Below, piece by piece: positions 56,555 to 64,000 of a DNA stretch of 64,000 nucleotides. The position numbers were made by a program, and so were the translations under genes. The DNA comes from an uncultured Prevotellaceae bacterium (GTDB lineage: Bacteria; Bacteroidota; Bacteroidia; Bacteroidales; Muribaculaceae), in the NCBI GenBank assembly GCA_900322135.1, contig ONYP01000034.1, forward strand, positions 1,548 to 65,547. The letters run 5' to 3'. Position 1 is the first letter of the stretch, and each line of letters begins with the position of its first letter. The notes under the pieces are model-generated. The model was not told the DNA's origin. It did no database searches and saw nothing but the letters and a program-made list of their open reading frames with translations.

Positions 56555-57229
56555 ATGTCAAGCATCAAGGAAAATCTAGAGAAAGTAGCCGCTGAACTGC
56601 CTAAAGGCGTGCGACTTGTTGCTGTCTCAAAATTTCACCCAGTGGAGGAACTGGCCGAGGCTTACGAAGCCGGCCAGCGCCTGTTCGGCGAAAACCGCGC
56701 CCAGGAGCTTGTAGCCAAAGCCCCCGAGTTGCCCAAGGATATCCATTGGCACTTCATCGGGCACCTGCAGAAGAACAAGGTGCGCGCCATCATGCCCCAT
56801 GTGAGTGTGATTGAGAGCGTTGACAGCGTTAAGTTGCTGAACCTCATTGAGAAAGAAGCCGCCCGTATCGACCGCACAGTCGATGTGCTGCTACAGCTGC
56901 ATGTCGCACAGGAGGAAACCAAAAGCGGCTTCAGCATTGACGAAGTGCTGGAAGCCGGCGAAGCCGGACAGCTGACCGAAGGCTTACCGCATGTGCATGT
57001 GTGCGGCGTGATGGCGATGGCCTCACTGACCGACGACATGGAGCAAGTGGCAAGGGAGTTTGACCTGGTGCGCCGCACCTATCTGACCTTGAAGGACGGC
57101 TGCTTTGACGAGAGCCCCTATTTCAACGAGTTGAGCATGGGCATGAGCGACGACTGGCAGGTTGCCGTCAAGTACGGAGCGACCCTGGTGCGCATCGGCA
57201 CCGCCATTTTTGGCCCGCGAAAATACTGA
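56555..57229 (+). CDS. yggS: YggS/PLPBP pyridoxal phosphate homeostasis protein
   Basis: LVAVSK, FGEN, WHFIGHLQKNK, LSMGMSDD, VRIGTAIFG. Confidence 0.93.
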   Translation: MSSIKENLEKVAAELPKGVRLVAVSKFHPVEELAEAYEAGQRLFGENRAQELVAKAPELPKDIHWHFIGHLQKNKVRAIMPHVSVIESVDSVKLLNLIEKEAARIDRTVDVLLQLHVAQEETKSGFSIDEVLEAGEAGQLTEGLPHVHVCGVMAMASLTDDMEQVAREFDLVRRTYLTLKDGCFDESPYFNELSMGMSDDWQVAVKYGATLVRIGTAIFGPRKY

Positions 57230-57333
57230 TTTCCAAGAAAAAATTATTTAGAATAAGTCATTTTGGTAAAAATGTCGTATTTTTGCCCAAAATTATCACG
57301 AACAATATATTAATAACCAATTTTTATAACAAC

Positions 57334-58506
57334 ATGACAACTGAAAAGAAGAACGGAGCATTAGTGTCGATTATCGCCATGATGTTCCTATTTGCAATGA
57401 TTTCGTTTGTAACCAACATGGCCGCCCCCTTCGGAACCATCTGGGATGACCACTACGATTGGGCTGGCATGATGGGTAACATGATGAACTTTGCGGCCTA
57501 CCTCTTTATGGGTATTCCCGCCGGCATCATGATTACAAAGATCGGTTACAAGAAAACCGCGCTGGTCGCCTTGGCACTCGGCTTCATCGGTATGGCAGTA
57601 CAATATATCTCCAGCACTTTGAGCGCCAGCGAAATCAGTACCTACATAATCTACCTTGTCGGTGCATTCATCTGCGGTTTCTGCGTCTGCATCCTCAACA
57701 CGGTGGTCAACCCCATGCTCAACCAGTTGGGCGGTGGCGGCAACCGCGGTAACCAGTTGATACAGACCGGAGGTTCGCTCAACTCATTGGCAGCCACGCT
57801 GACCCCGATGCTCGTGGGTATGCTGATCGGCGAGACCACCGAAAAGACTTCACTCGAAGTTGTCCAGCCCCTGCTGTTCATTGCTATGGCCATTTTTGCG
57901 GTTTCATTCCTCATCATCTATCTCACCAAACTGCAAGAGCCTGAAACTGAGGCTCAGAACGTGATGGAGGGTGTGAAAGGCGCCTTGAGTTATCGCCATC
58001 TGGTGCTGGGTATCATTGCCATCTTCTTCTACGTTGGCATCGAGGTTGGCATTCCTGGCCAGTTGTTGTTCTATCTGACCGAACCCGTCGCTGAAGGTGG
58101 TGTATTGGGCAGCGCACCCATCGCCGGTACGATTGCCGGTATCTATTGGTTGCTCATGCTAGTGGGCCGCTTCAGCAGTTCAATCATCTCGGGCAAGGTA
58201 TCGCCACGCACCCAGTTGGTGTTCACGTCCGCTCTCGCCATCCTGCTGCTGCTGGTTGCCATTTTCCTCCCCGAGGACATCAAGATGACGCTTAAAGGCG
58301 CAGAGGTACCCGTCAAGGTTCTGTTCATCATCCTGTGCGGTATCTGCACTTCGGTGATGTGGGGTGTTGTCTTCAACCTCGCTACCGAGGGTCTGGGCAA
58401 ATTCACCGCAGCCGACATCGAGAGTTACTGGCTGGTAATCGCCATGCTGGCCTACATGCTGTTCTACGCCCTCGTTGGCAGCAAGCCGAGCAAGAAAGAG
58501 GAATAA
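57334..58506 (+). CDS. FucP/GluP-family sugar MFS transporter, apparently lacking TM11 (possible pseudogene)
   Basis: AYLFMGIPAG, LNTVVNP, IFFYVGIEVG, TSVMWGVVFNLATEGLGKFTAA, then directly DIESYW; the usual SGIFMxMVVGGGxxPLxQ segment is absent. Confidence 0.75.
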   Translation: MTTEKKNGALVSIIAMMFLFAMISFVTNMAAPFGTIWDDHYDWAGMMGNMMNFAAYLFMGIPAGIMITKIGYKKTALVALALGFIGMAVQYISSTLSASEISTYIIYLVGAFICGFCVCILNTVVNPMLNQLGGGGNRGNQLIQTGGSLNSLAATLTPMLVGMLIGETTEKTSLEVVQPLLFIAMAIFAVSFLIIYLTKLQEPETEAQNVMEGVKGALSYRHLVLGIIAIFFYVGIEVGIPGQLLFYLTEPVAEGGVLGSAPIAGTIAGIYWLLMLVGRFSSSIISGKVSPRTQLVFTSALAILLLLVAIFLPEDIKMTLKGAEVPVKVLFIILCGICTSVMWGVVFNLATEGLGKFTAADIESYWLVIAMLAYMLFYALVGSKPSKKEE

Positions 58507-58534
58507 TCGTTACCGACTGATAGTCAACCTCATA

Positions 58535-58576
58535 TTTGTGGTCGCACTTGAATGGTGCGGCCACAAATTGTTTTTT
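58535..58576 (+). terminator. Terminator after the MFS gene
   Basis: TTTGTGGTCGCAC/GTGCGGCCACAAA stem plus T-tract. Confidence 0.7.
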
Positions 58577-58662
58577 GTCCTAAAAATATCCAACCCCATT
58601 GCCGCAGTATTCAATTATTATGATTATATTTGCCGATTAAAGCATTAAAACCTCTATATATT

Positions 58663-60690
58663 ATGATTGATTCCAAGTTGATGACACGCGCGGCAGACAA
58701 CATCCGCATTCTTGCCGCTTCGATGGTTGAACAGGCCAAGTCAGGACATCCCGGTGGCGCCATGGGTGGCGCAGACTTTGTCAATGTCCTGTTCTCGAAA
58801 TACTTAGTGACTGACCCCGACAATCCTTCCTGGTTTGCCCGTGACCGATTCTTCCTGGATCCGGGCCACATGTCGCCGATGCTCTATAGTGTGCTGCATC
58901 TGGCAGGCCGCTACACGACCGACGATCTCAAGGCGTTCCGTTCGTGGGGCAGCATCACCCCGGGCCACCCCGAGCTGGATGTCGAGCATGGCGTGGAGAA
59001 CACTTCCGGCCCGTTGGGTCAAGGCCATGTGATGGCCGTTGGAGCCGCCATCGCCGAGCGCTTTATCGCAACACACTACAGCGAAGTATTTGCCCATAAG
59101 ACTTACGCCTTCATCAGCGACGGTGGCGTGCAGGAAGGCATCTCGCAGGAGGCAGCCCGCATCGCCGGCTACCTCGGTTTGAGCAACCTGATCATGTTCT
59201 ACGACAGCAACACGGTGCAACTCTCGACCGACTGCGATGCCGTGAGCAACGAGGACACCGCCATGAAATATCGCGCATGGAACTGGAATGTCATCGAGTG
59301 TGACGGCACCGACCCCATCGCACTGGCTGGAGCCCTGGACAAAGCACTTACCGAAAAAGAGCGCCCCACCATCATCATCGGCCGCACTATCATGGGTCGC
59401 GGTGCCGTGACTGCCGAGGGCGAGAACTTTGAGGGCAAGTGCAGCACCCACGGCAACCCGCTGAGCAAGTCGGGTGCCGACTACGGCAAGACCATTGAGC
59501 ACCTTGGCGGCAATCCGGAAAATCCCTGGATTGTATTCCCCGAGGTGGCCGAACTCTATGCCCAACGCGCCAACGAACAACGCGACATCGTTGCCCAGCG
59601 CCAGCGTGACATCGACGCCTGGGCTCAACAGAACCCCGAGGCGATGCAGCGCCTGCAGGACTACATCGACGGCAAGGCGCCCCAGGTGGACTATGCCGCC
59701 ATCGCCCATAAGCCCGGCATTGCCACGCGGGCAGCCTCGGCCAATGTGCTTGCCGCCCTTGCCGAGCAGGTTGAGAATATGATTGTCTCGTCGGCCGACC
59801 TGGCCAACAGCGACAAGACCGACGGCTTCCTGAAGGTGCGCGGAGCGTTCAAGACGCACGACTTCACGGGAGCATTCCTGCATGCCGGCGTTTCGGAGCT
59901 CGCCATGGCAGCCATCATCAACGGCATGGCCCTGCACGGAGGCGTGATTGCAGCTTGCGGCACCTTCTTCGTCTTCAGCGACTACATCAAACCCGCCGCA
60001 CGCCTGTCGGCACTGATGGAGCTGCCCGTCAAGTTCATATGGACCCACGATGCCTTCCGCGTTGGCGAGGATGGCCCCACCCATGAGCCCGTCGAGCAGG
60101 AAGCCCAAATCCGCCTGATGGAGGAGCTGCAGAACCACCATGGCCGCAACAGCATGCTCGTGCTGCGTCCAGCCGATGCTGCCGAAACCTCTGTGGCCTG
60201 GAAAATGGCAATGGAAAACAACCTCACCCCCACTGCTCTCATCCTGTCGCGCCAGAACATCGAAGACCTGCCCAGCGCTTCGGGCAACCGCTATGCCGAC
60301 GCCCTGGGTGCCGAGCGCGGCGGTTATGTGGTCATCAAGGAGGACCATCCCGACATTGTGCTCGTGGGCAACGGCTCAGAAGTTTCCACACTCGTTGCCG
60401 CTACCGCCATCATCAAGGAGCAGGGCATCAAGGCCCAAGTCGTATCCGTTCCGTCCATTGGCCTGTTCATGAATCAGGATGAGGAATACCGTGCTCAAGT
60501 CATCCCAAGCAATGTGCCCGTGTTCGGCCTGACTTCCGGTCTGCCCTCCACCCTGCGCCGCGTGGTACCCACCGGCATGATCTACGGTCTGGACCACTTT
60601 GGTGCCTCGGCGCCGTACAAAGTACTAGACGAAAAGTTCGGTTTTACAGCCGAAAATGTCTCAAAATGCATTTTAGACTATGTAAAATAG
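58663..60690 (+). CDS. tkt: Transketolase
   Basis: SGHPGGAMG, RDRFFL, TPGHPE, SGPLGQG, SDGGVQEG, VGEDGPTHEPVE, FGASAP. Confidence 0.97.
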   Translation: MIDSKLMTRAADNIRILAASMVEQAKSGHPGGAMGGADFVNVLFSKYLVTDPDNPSWFARDRFFLDPGHMSPMLYSVLHLAGRYTTDDLKAFRSWGSITPGHPELDVEHGVENTSGPLGQGHVMAVGAAIAERFIATHYSEVFAHKTYAFISDGGVQEGISQEAARIAGYLGLSNLIMFYDSNTVQLSTDCDAVSNEDTAMKYRAWNWNVIECDGTDPIALAGALDKALTEKERPTIIIGRTIMGRGAVTAEGENFEGKCSTHGNPLSKSGADYGKTIEHLGGNPENPWIVFPEVAELYAQRANEQRDIVAQRQRDIDAWAQQNPEAMQRLQDYIDGKAPQVDYAAIAHKPGIATRAASANVLAALAEQVENMIVSSADLANSDKTDGFLKVRGAFKTHDFTGAFLHAGVSELAMAAIINGMALHGGVIAACGTFFVFSDYIKPAARLSALMELPVKFIWTHDAFRVGEDGPTHEPVEQEAQIRLMEELQNHHGRNSMLVLRPADAAETSVAWKMAMENNLTPTALILSRQNIEDLPSASGNRYADALGAERGGYVVIKEDHPDIVLVGNGSEVSTLVAATAIIKEQGIKAQVVSVPSIGLFMNQDEEYRAQVIPSNVPVFGLTSGLPSTLRRVVPTGMIYGLDHFGASAPYKVLDEKFGFTAENVSKCILDYVK

Positions 60691-60866
60691 CACTTTTTCC
60701 TGCAAAAAGTCCGATTTTTTAGGATAAAACTTTTATGATTTCAAAAAAAATCTTAATTTTGCAGGATAAAACATACCAACTGATTGGAAAATCCGGTCAA
60801 AGTTGAATATAAATTGAATAAAAATAAAACTATAACATACAATAAACTTAAAGACATTCAGAAATT

Positions 60867-62108
60867 ATGAAAAAGATTGCATTACTAGCTCTTCTTTTTG
60901 TAACTTACTTGATTCCTTGCAGTTCCAATGCACAGGAGGTAACTTATGTTGAAGACCCCTCTCAAGGTTATCTGTTTAACCGCATGCGCGACAATTGGTT
61001 CATCCAGGCTGACGGTGGTGTTGGTCTGATGATGTCGTCCTATGACAAGCACGAGCACTTTGGCCACCGTCTGGGTGCCAAGGCTGACTTCTTTGTCGGT
61101 AAGTGGTTCTCACCGCTGCTGGGTTTGCGTGCCGGTATGGACTACGAGCAAATCAAGGGTGCAACCTGGACTGGCAACTACGCTGCTCTGGGTTATCGTA
61201 ACTGGCCCCGCCAACTCGATGGTGGCAAGTATGTTCCCCAGCACTTCAACAACTTCGGTTTTGTTGGAGATGTATTGTTCAATGTATCGAATTGGCTGTG
61301 CGGCTACAAGCCCAACCGCTTCTACAACTGCATTTGGTATGTTGGTATGACTGTTAACTGGGTATATGCCCGTGACGGTGAGCGTCCCGTATCGGATGGT
61401 CCCTGGAAGTATGGTGCTAACGATGACCCCGACCACAGCCGCAACTACAGTATGCAGACCGGTTTGCTCAACAGCTTTGCCATCACCAAGAAGCTGGACT
61501 TCAATGTTGACCTGCGCTTTGACCTGATGCAGGAGCACATCGATGGTGCCGGTATGGGTTACAGGACCTGGAACGAGTATCCCGGTATCCTTCTCGGTTT
61601 GACCTACAAGCTGGGCAAGAGCGAGTGGAACGCTCCGATTACCGCCGTTTGCCCCGAGTGGAAGTACACCGATGCTGAGGGTGACGAGTTGACCGCCAAC
61701 CTGAACAACGCTAACCGCAAGATCAACGACCTGGAGAACCAGCTGCGCAAGTGCCTCGAGAAGAAGCCCGAGGCTGAAGCTGCTGATGCTCCCCTGGCAA
61801 CTGTTTACTTCCCCATCAACCGCACCGAGGTTCTGGGTGTTCAGCGCAATGTCGTTGACGCTGTTGCCGAGGTCATGAAGAACGAGAACCGTGACTACCT
61901 GCTGACTGGTTGGGCCGATAACTACACTGGCAATGACCAGATCAATGTTCGTCTGCGCAAGGGTCGTGTTGCTACTGTCAAGAGCGAACTCGTGAAGAGG
62001 GGTGTCGCCGACAGCCGTCTTGAGACCCAAATCAACAACGGTGAGCTGACCAACTATGGTCCCAAGGCCGCTTCTCTCGACCGCGCCGTTACCATCGTTC
62101 GCAAGTAA
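60867..62108 (+). CDS. OmpA-family outer membrane protein (beta-barrel plus peptidoglycan-binding domain)
   Basis: Signal peptide; DNWFI, VGKWFSPLLGLR, GLTYKLG, coiled coil, VYFPIN, TGWADNYTG. Confidence 0.88.
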   Translation: MKKIALLALLFVTYLIPCSSNAQEVTYVEDPSQGYLFNRMRDNWFIQADGGVGLMMSSYDKHEHFGHRLGAKADFFVGKWFSPLLGLRAGMDYEQIKGATWTGNYAALGYRNWPRQLDGGKYVPQHFNNFGFVGDVLFNVSNWLCGYKPNRFYNCIWYVGMTVNWVYARDGERPVSDGPWKYGANDDPDHSRNYSMQTGLLNSFAITKKLDFNVDLRFDLMQEHIDGAGMGYRTWNEYPGILLGLTYKLGKSEWNAPITAVCPEWKYTDAEGDELTANLNNANRKINDLENQLRKCLEKKPEAEAADAPLATVYFPINRTEVLGVQRNVVDAVAEVMKNENRDYLLTGWADNYTGNDQINVRLRKGRVATVKSELVKRGVADSRLETQINNGELTNYGPKAASLDRAVTIVRK

Positions 62109-62141
62109 TCCTCATCTCAAGCGATTACAAGACAAGACTTA

Positions 62142-62179
62142 AAAGATGTCCCGCAGGATATGGCGGGACATCTTTTTTT
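62142..62179 (+). terminator. ompA terminator
   Basis: AAAAGATGTCCCGC/GCGGGACATCTTTT stem plus T-tract. Confidence 0.85.
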
Positions 62180-62238
62180 GCATTACCTTTGTCGCGACAT
62201 TTCCTGACCAACCCACATTATTAATAATATATATCATC

Positions 62239-63663
62239 ATGGCCGCTCACACCAGCAAGGACACCATGTTGCGACTCATCCGCGATGGCAAGCCGTTGTC
62301 ACGCGGGCAGCAGCTGCAACTCACCTTTGCCCTTAGTCTGCCCGCCATCCTGGCCAATGTGTCGGCGATGGTGATGAACTTCATCGATGCGGCAATGGTG
62401 GGACGACTGGGTGCCGACGACTCGGCATCTGTCGGGCTGATGGGCACGACCAACTGGCTCTTTGAAGGCGTGCTGAGCGCGTTTGCCGCGGGCTATGCCG
62501 TACAAGTCGCCCAACTGCTGGGAGCCAAGCGCAACACCGATGCCCGCCAGATGGTGCGCCAGTCCATCACGGTGTGCCTGCTGTTCAGCCTGTTGCTAGC
62601 CGCTTTGGGTTTGGTCCTGTGCAAGCCTCTGCCTGTATGGCTGGGTGCCGAGGCCCACATCAGGGGCAATGCGAGCATCTACTTCGGGACCTTCATGCTG
62701 TTTGTGCCGTTCTTCATGCTTGACATCGTTGCGAGCTCGATGTTGCGCAGCAGCGGCAACATGCGCGTCCCGAGCGTGCTCAACATCCTGATGTGTGTGC
62801 TGGATGTCATTTTCAACTTCTTCCTCATTTTTCCCACACGGGAGGTCATGGTAATGGGTCACAGCATGACGATGCCGGGTGCCGGCTTGGGTGTTATGGG
62901 TGCGGCCCTGGGCACGGCCTGTGCTGGATTTGTCATTGCCATGCTCATGATGTATTACCTCGTTTTCCGCTCCCGTGAGCTGCGCCTAACGCTCGACCGC
63001 GGCTCCTTCAAACCCACTTGGGCATCCTTCAAGAAGTCGATGAAAATATCGACGCCCATGGGGGTACAGCACATCATGATGTGCAGCGCGTCGATTGTCA
63101 TCACGGGCATCGTGGCGCCGCTGGGCAGTATCGCCCTCGCCGCCAACTCGTTCGGCATCACGGCCGAGAGCCTGTGCTACATGTCGGGCTACGGCATTGC
63201 CGATGCTTCCACGACGCTTATCGGCCAGAGCCTGGGTGCCGGCCGCAAGCGTCTCACGCGCAGTTTTGCCTGGATTAATGTGCTGTCGGGCATGACGATC
63301 ATGGGTGTGATGGCGATACTGATGTATGTGTTCGCCCCGCAGTTGATGGGGTTGATGTCCCCTGTGCCCGAAGTCGTCGACCTGGGAGCCCGCTGCCTGC
63401 GCGTCGAGGCCTGGGCCGAACCGCTGTTTGCCGCCGCCATCATCACCTACGGCATTTTTGCCGGGGCCGGATACACCATGGTGCCTTGCGGCATCAACCT
63501 GGTGAGCATGTGGATAGTGAGGCTGGGCCTGTCGGCCATTATGGTCAAGACGATGGGCCTGTACGGCGTGTGGACGGCCATGGCGATAGAGTTGTGCTTC
63601 CGCGGCACAGTCTATCTGCTCTGGCTGTCGTCAAAGCGATGGATGAAAACGGTTATTGATTAG
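62239..63663 (+). CDS. MATE-family efflux transporter
   Basis: LSLPAIL, IDAAMVGRLG, AQLLGA, LRSSGNMRVP, NFFLIF, GQSLGAG. Confidence 0.92.
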   Translation: MAAHTSKDTMLRLIRDGKPLSRGQQLQLTFALSLPAILANVSAMVMNFIDAAMVGRLGADDSASVGLMGTTNWLFEGVLSAFAAGYAVQVAQLLGAKRNTDARQMVRQSITVCLLFSLLLAALGLVLCKPLPVWLGAEAHIRGNASIYFGTFMLFVPFFMLDIVASSMLRSSGNMRVPSVLNILMCVLDVIFNFFLIFPTREVMVMGHSMTMPGAGLGVMGAALGTACAGFVIAMLMMYYLVFRSRELRLTLDRGSFKPTWASFKKSMKISTPMGVQHIMMCSASIVITGIVAPLGSIALAANSFGITAESLCYMSGYGIADASTTLIGQSLGAGRKRLTRSFAWINVLSGMTIMGVMAILMYVFAPQLMGLMSPVPEVVDLGARCLRVEAWAEPLFAAAIITYGIFAGAGYTMVPCGINLVSMWIVRLGLSAIMVKTMGLYGVWTAMAIELCFRGTVYLLWLSSKRWMKTVID

Positions 63664-64000
63664 CCTCGGGCTTGCGTTTGAATTTCTCGGCAATGATGAC
63701 GCCAGCCAGGATGAGCGCACAGCCCACATAAGCCACCATCGTGGTGCGCTCACCAAACCATATGGCCGCAGCGATCATCGAGATAATGGGGCTCAAGTAG
63801 AAGTAATTGCTGGCACGCACGGCCCCGATACGCTTCACCGTGATGCCCCAGATGAAATAAGCTGCCATCGAGCAGATCAAGCCCAAGTAAAGCAGATTGC
63901 CCCACACTTCAGGCTGCTTGAGCGTTGCCCAGCTCACCTGGGTATCTTCCAGCGCCAGCAGCGGCAATGCAGAGATGATACCATAGAAGAACAGTTTGCG
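63653..64000 (-). CDS. EamA/DMT-family transporter, 3' part (runs off the window end)
   Basis: RKLFFYG, NLLYLGLICS, KRIGAVRASNYFYLSP, WFGER. Confidence 0.85.
   Translation of the reverse strand, partial: RKLFFYGIISALPLLALEDTQVSWATLKQPEVWGNLLYLGLICSMAAYFIWGITVKRIGAVRASNYFYLSPIISMIAAAIWFGERTTMVAYVGCALILAGVIIAEKFKRKPEANQ

Overview
A chromosomal window from a Bacteroidales bacterium, probably Muribaculaceae or Prevotellaceae-like. This rests on TAnnTTTG (-7)/TTTG (-33) promoters, T9SS sprA and a TlpA-DUF6029-Omp28 locus. Most genes are housekeeping or metabolic (ruvA, proS, rimM, tsaB, uvrB, lptF/G, tgt, rpe, deoD, tkt). Six things stand out. (1) Three secreted proteins end in a dockerin where a T9SS C-terminal domain would be expected; two of them appear co-transcribed with ruvA-sprA. 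(2) A module at 40.4-42.2 kb has two exported proteins sharing an N-terminal five-Cys domain, translationally coupled to an orphan activase-type radical SAM enzyme. (3) A tRNA-Glu(CUC) gene has its own promoter and terminator but no D-arm. (4) Short deletions or duplications hit only dispensable genes: gcvH, gcvPB (twice), lpdA, an Omp28-domain protein, a sugar MFS and tRNA-Glu. (5) An integrase-less 1.8-kb island with hicAB sits between 18-bp direct repeats at the tRNA-Ser(CGA) 3' end, with extra att-like copies and a highly folded element. (6) A candidate sRNA of about 70 nt lies near 10.5 kb. No CRISPR array, rRNA, transposase or integrase was seen. All product calls come from motif recognition by eye; no database searches were run.
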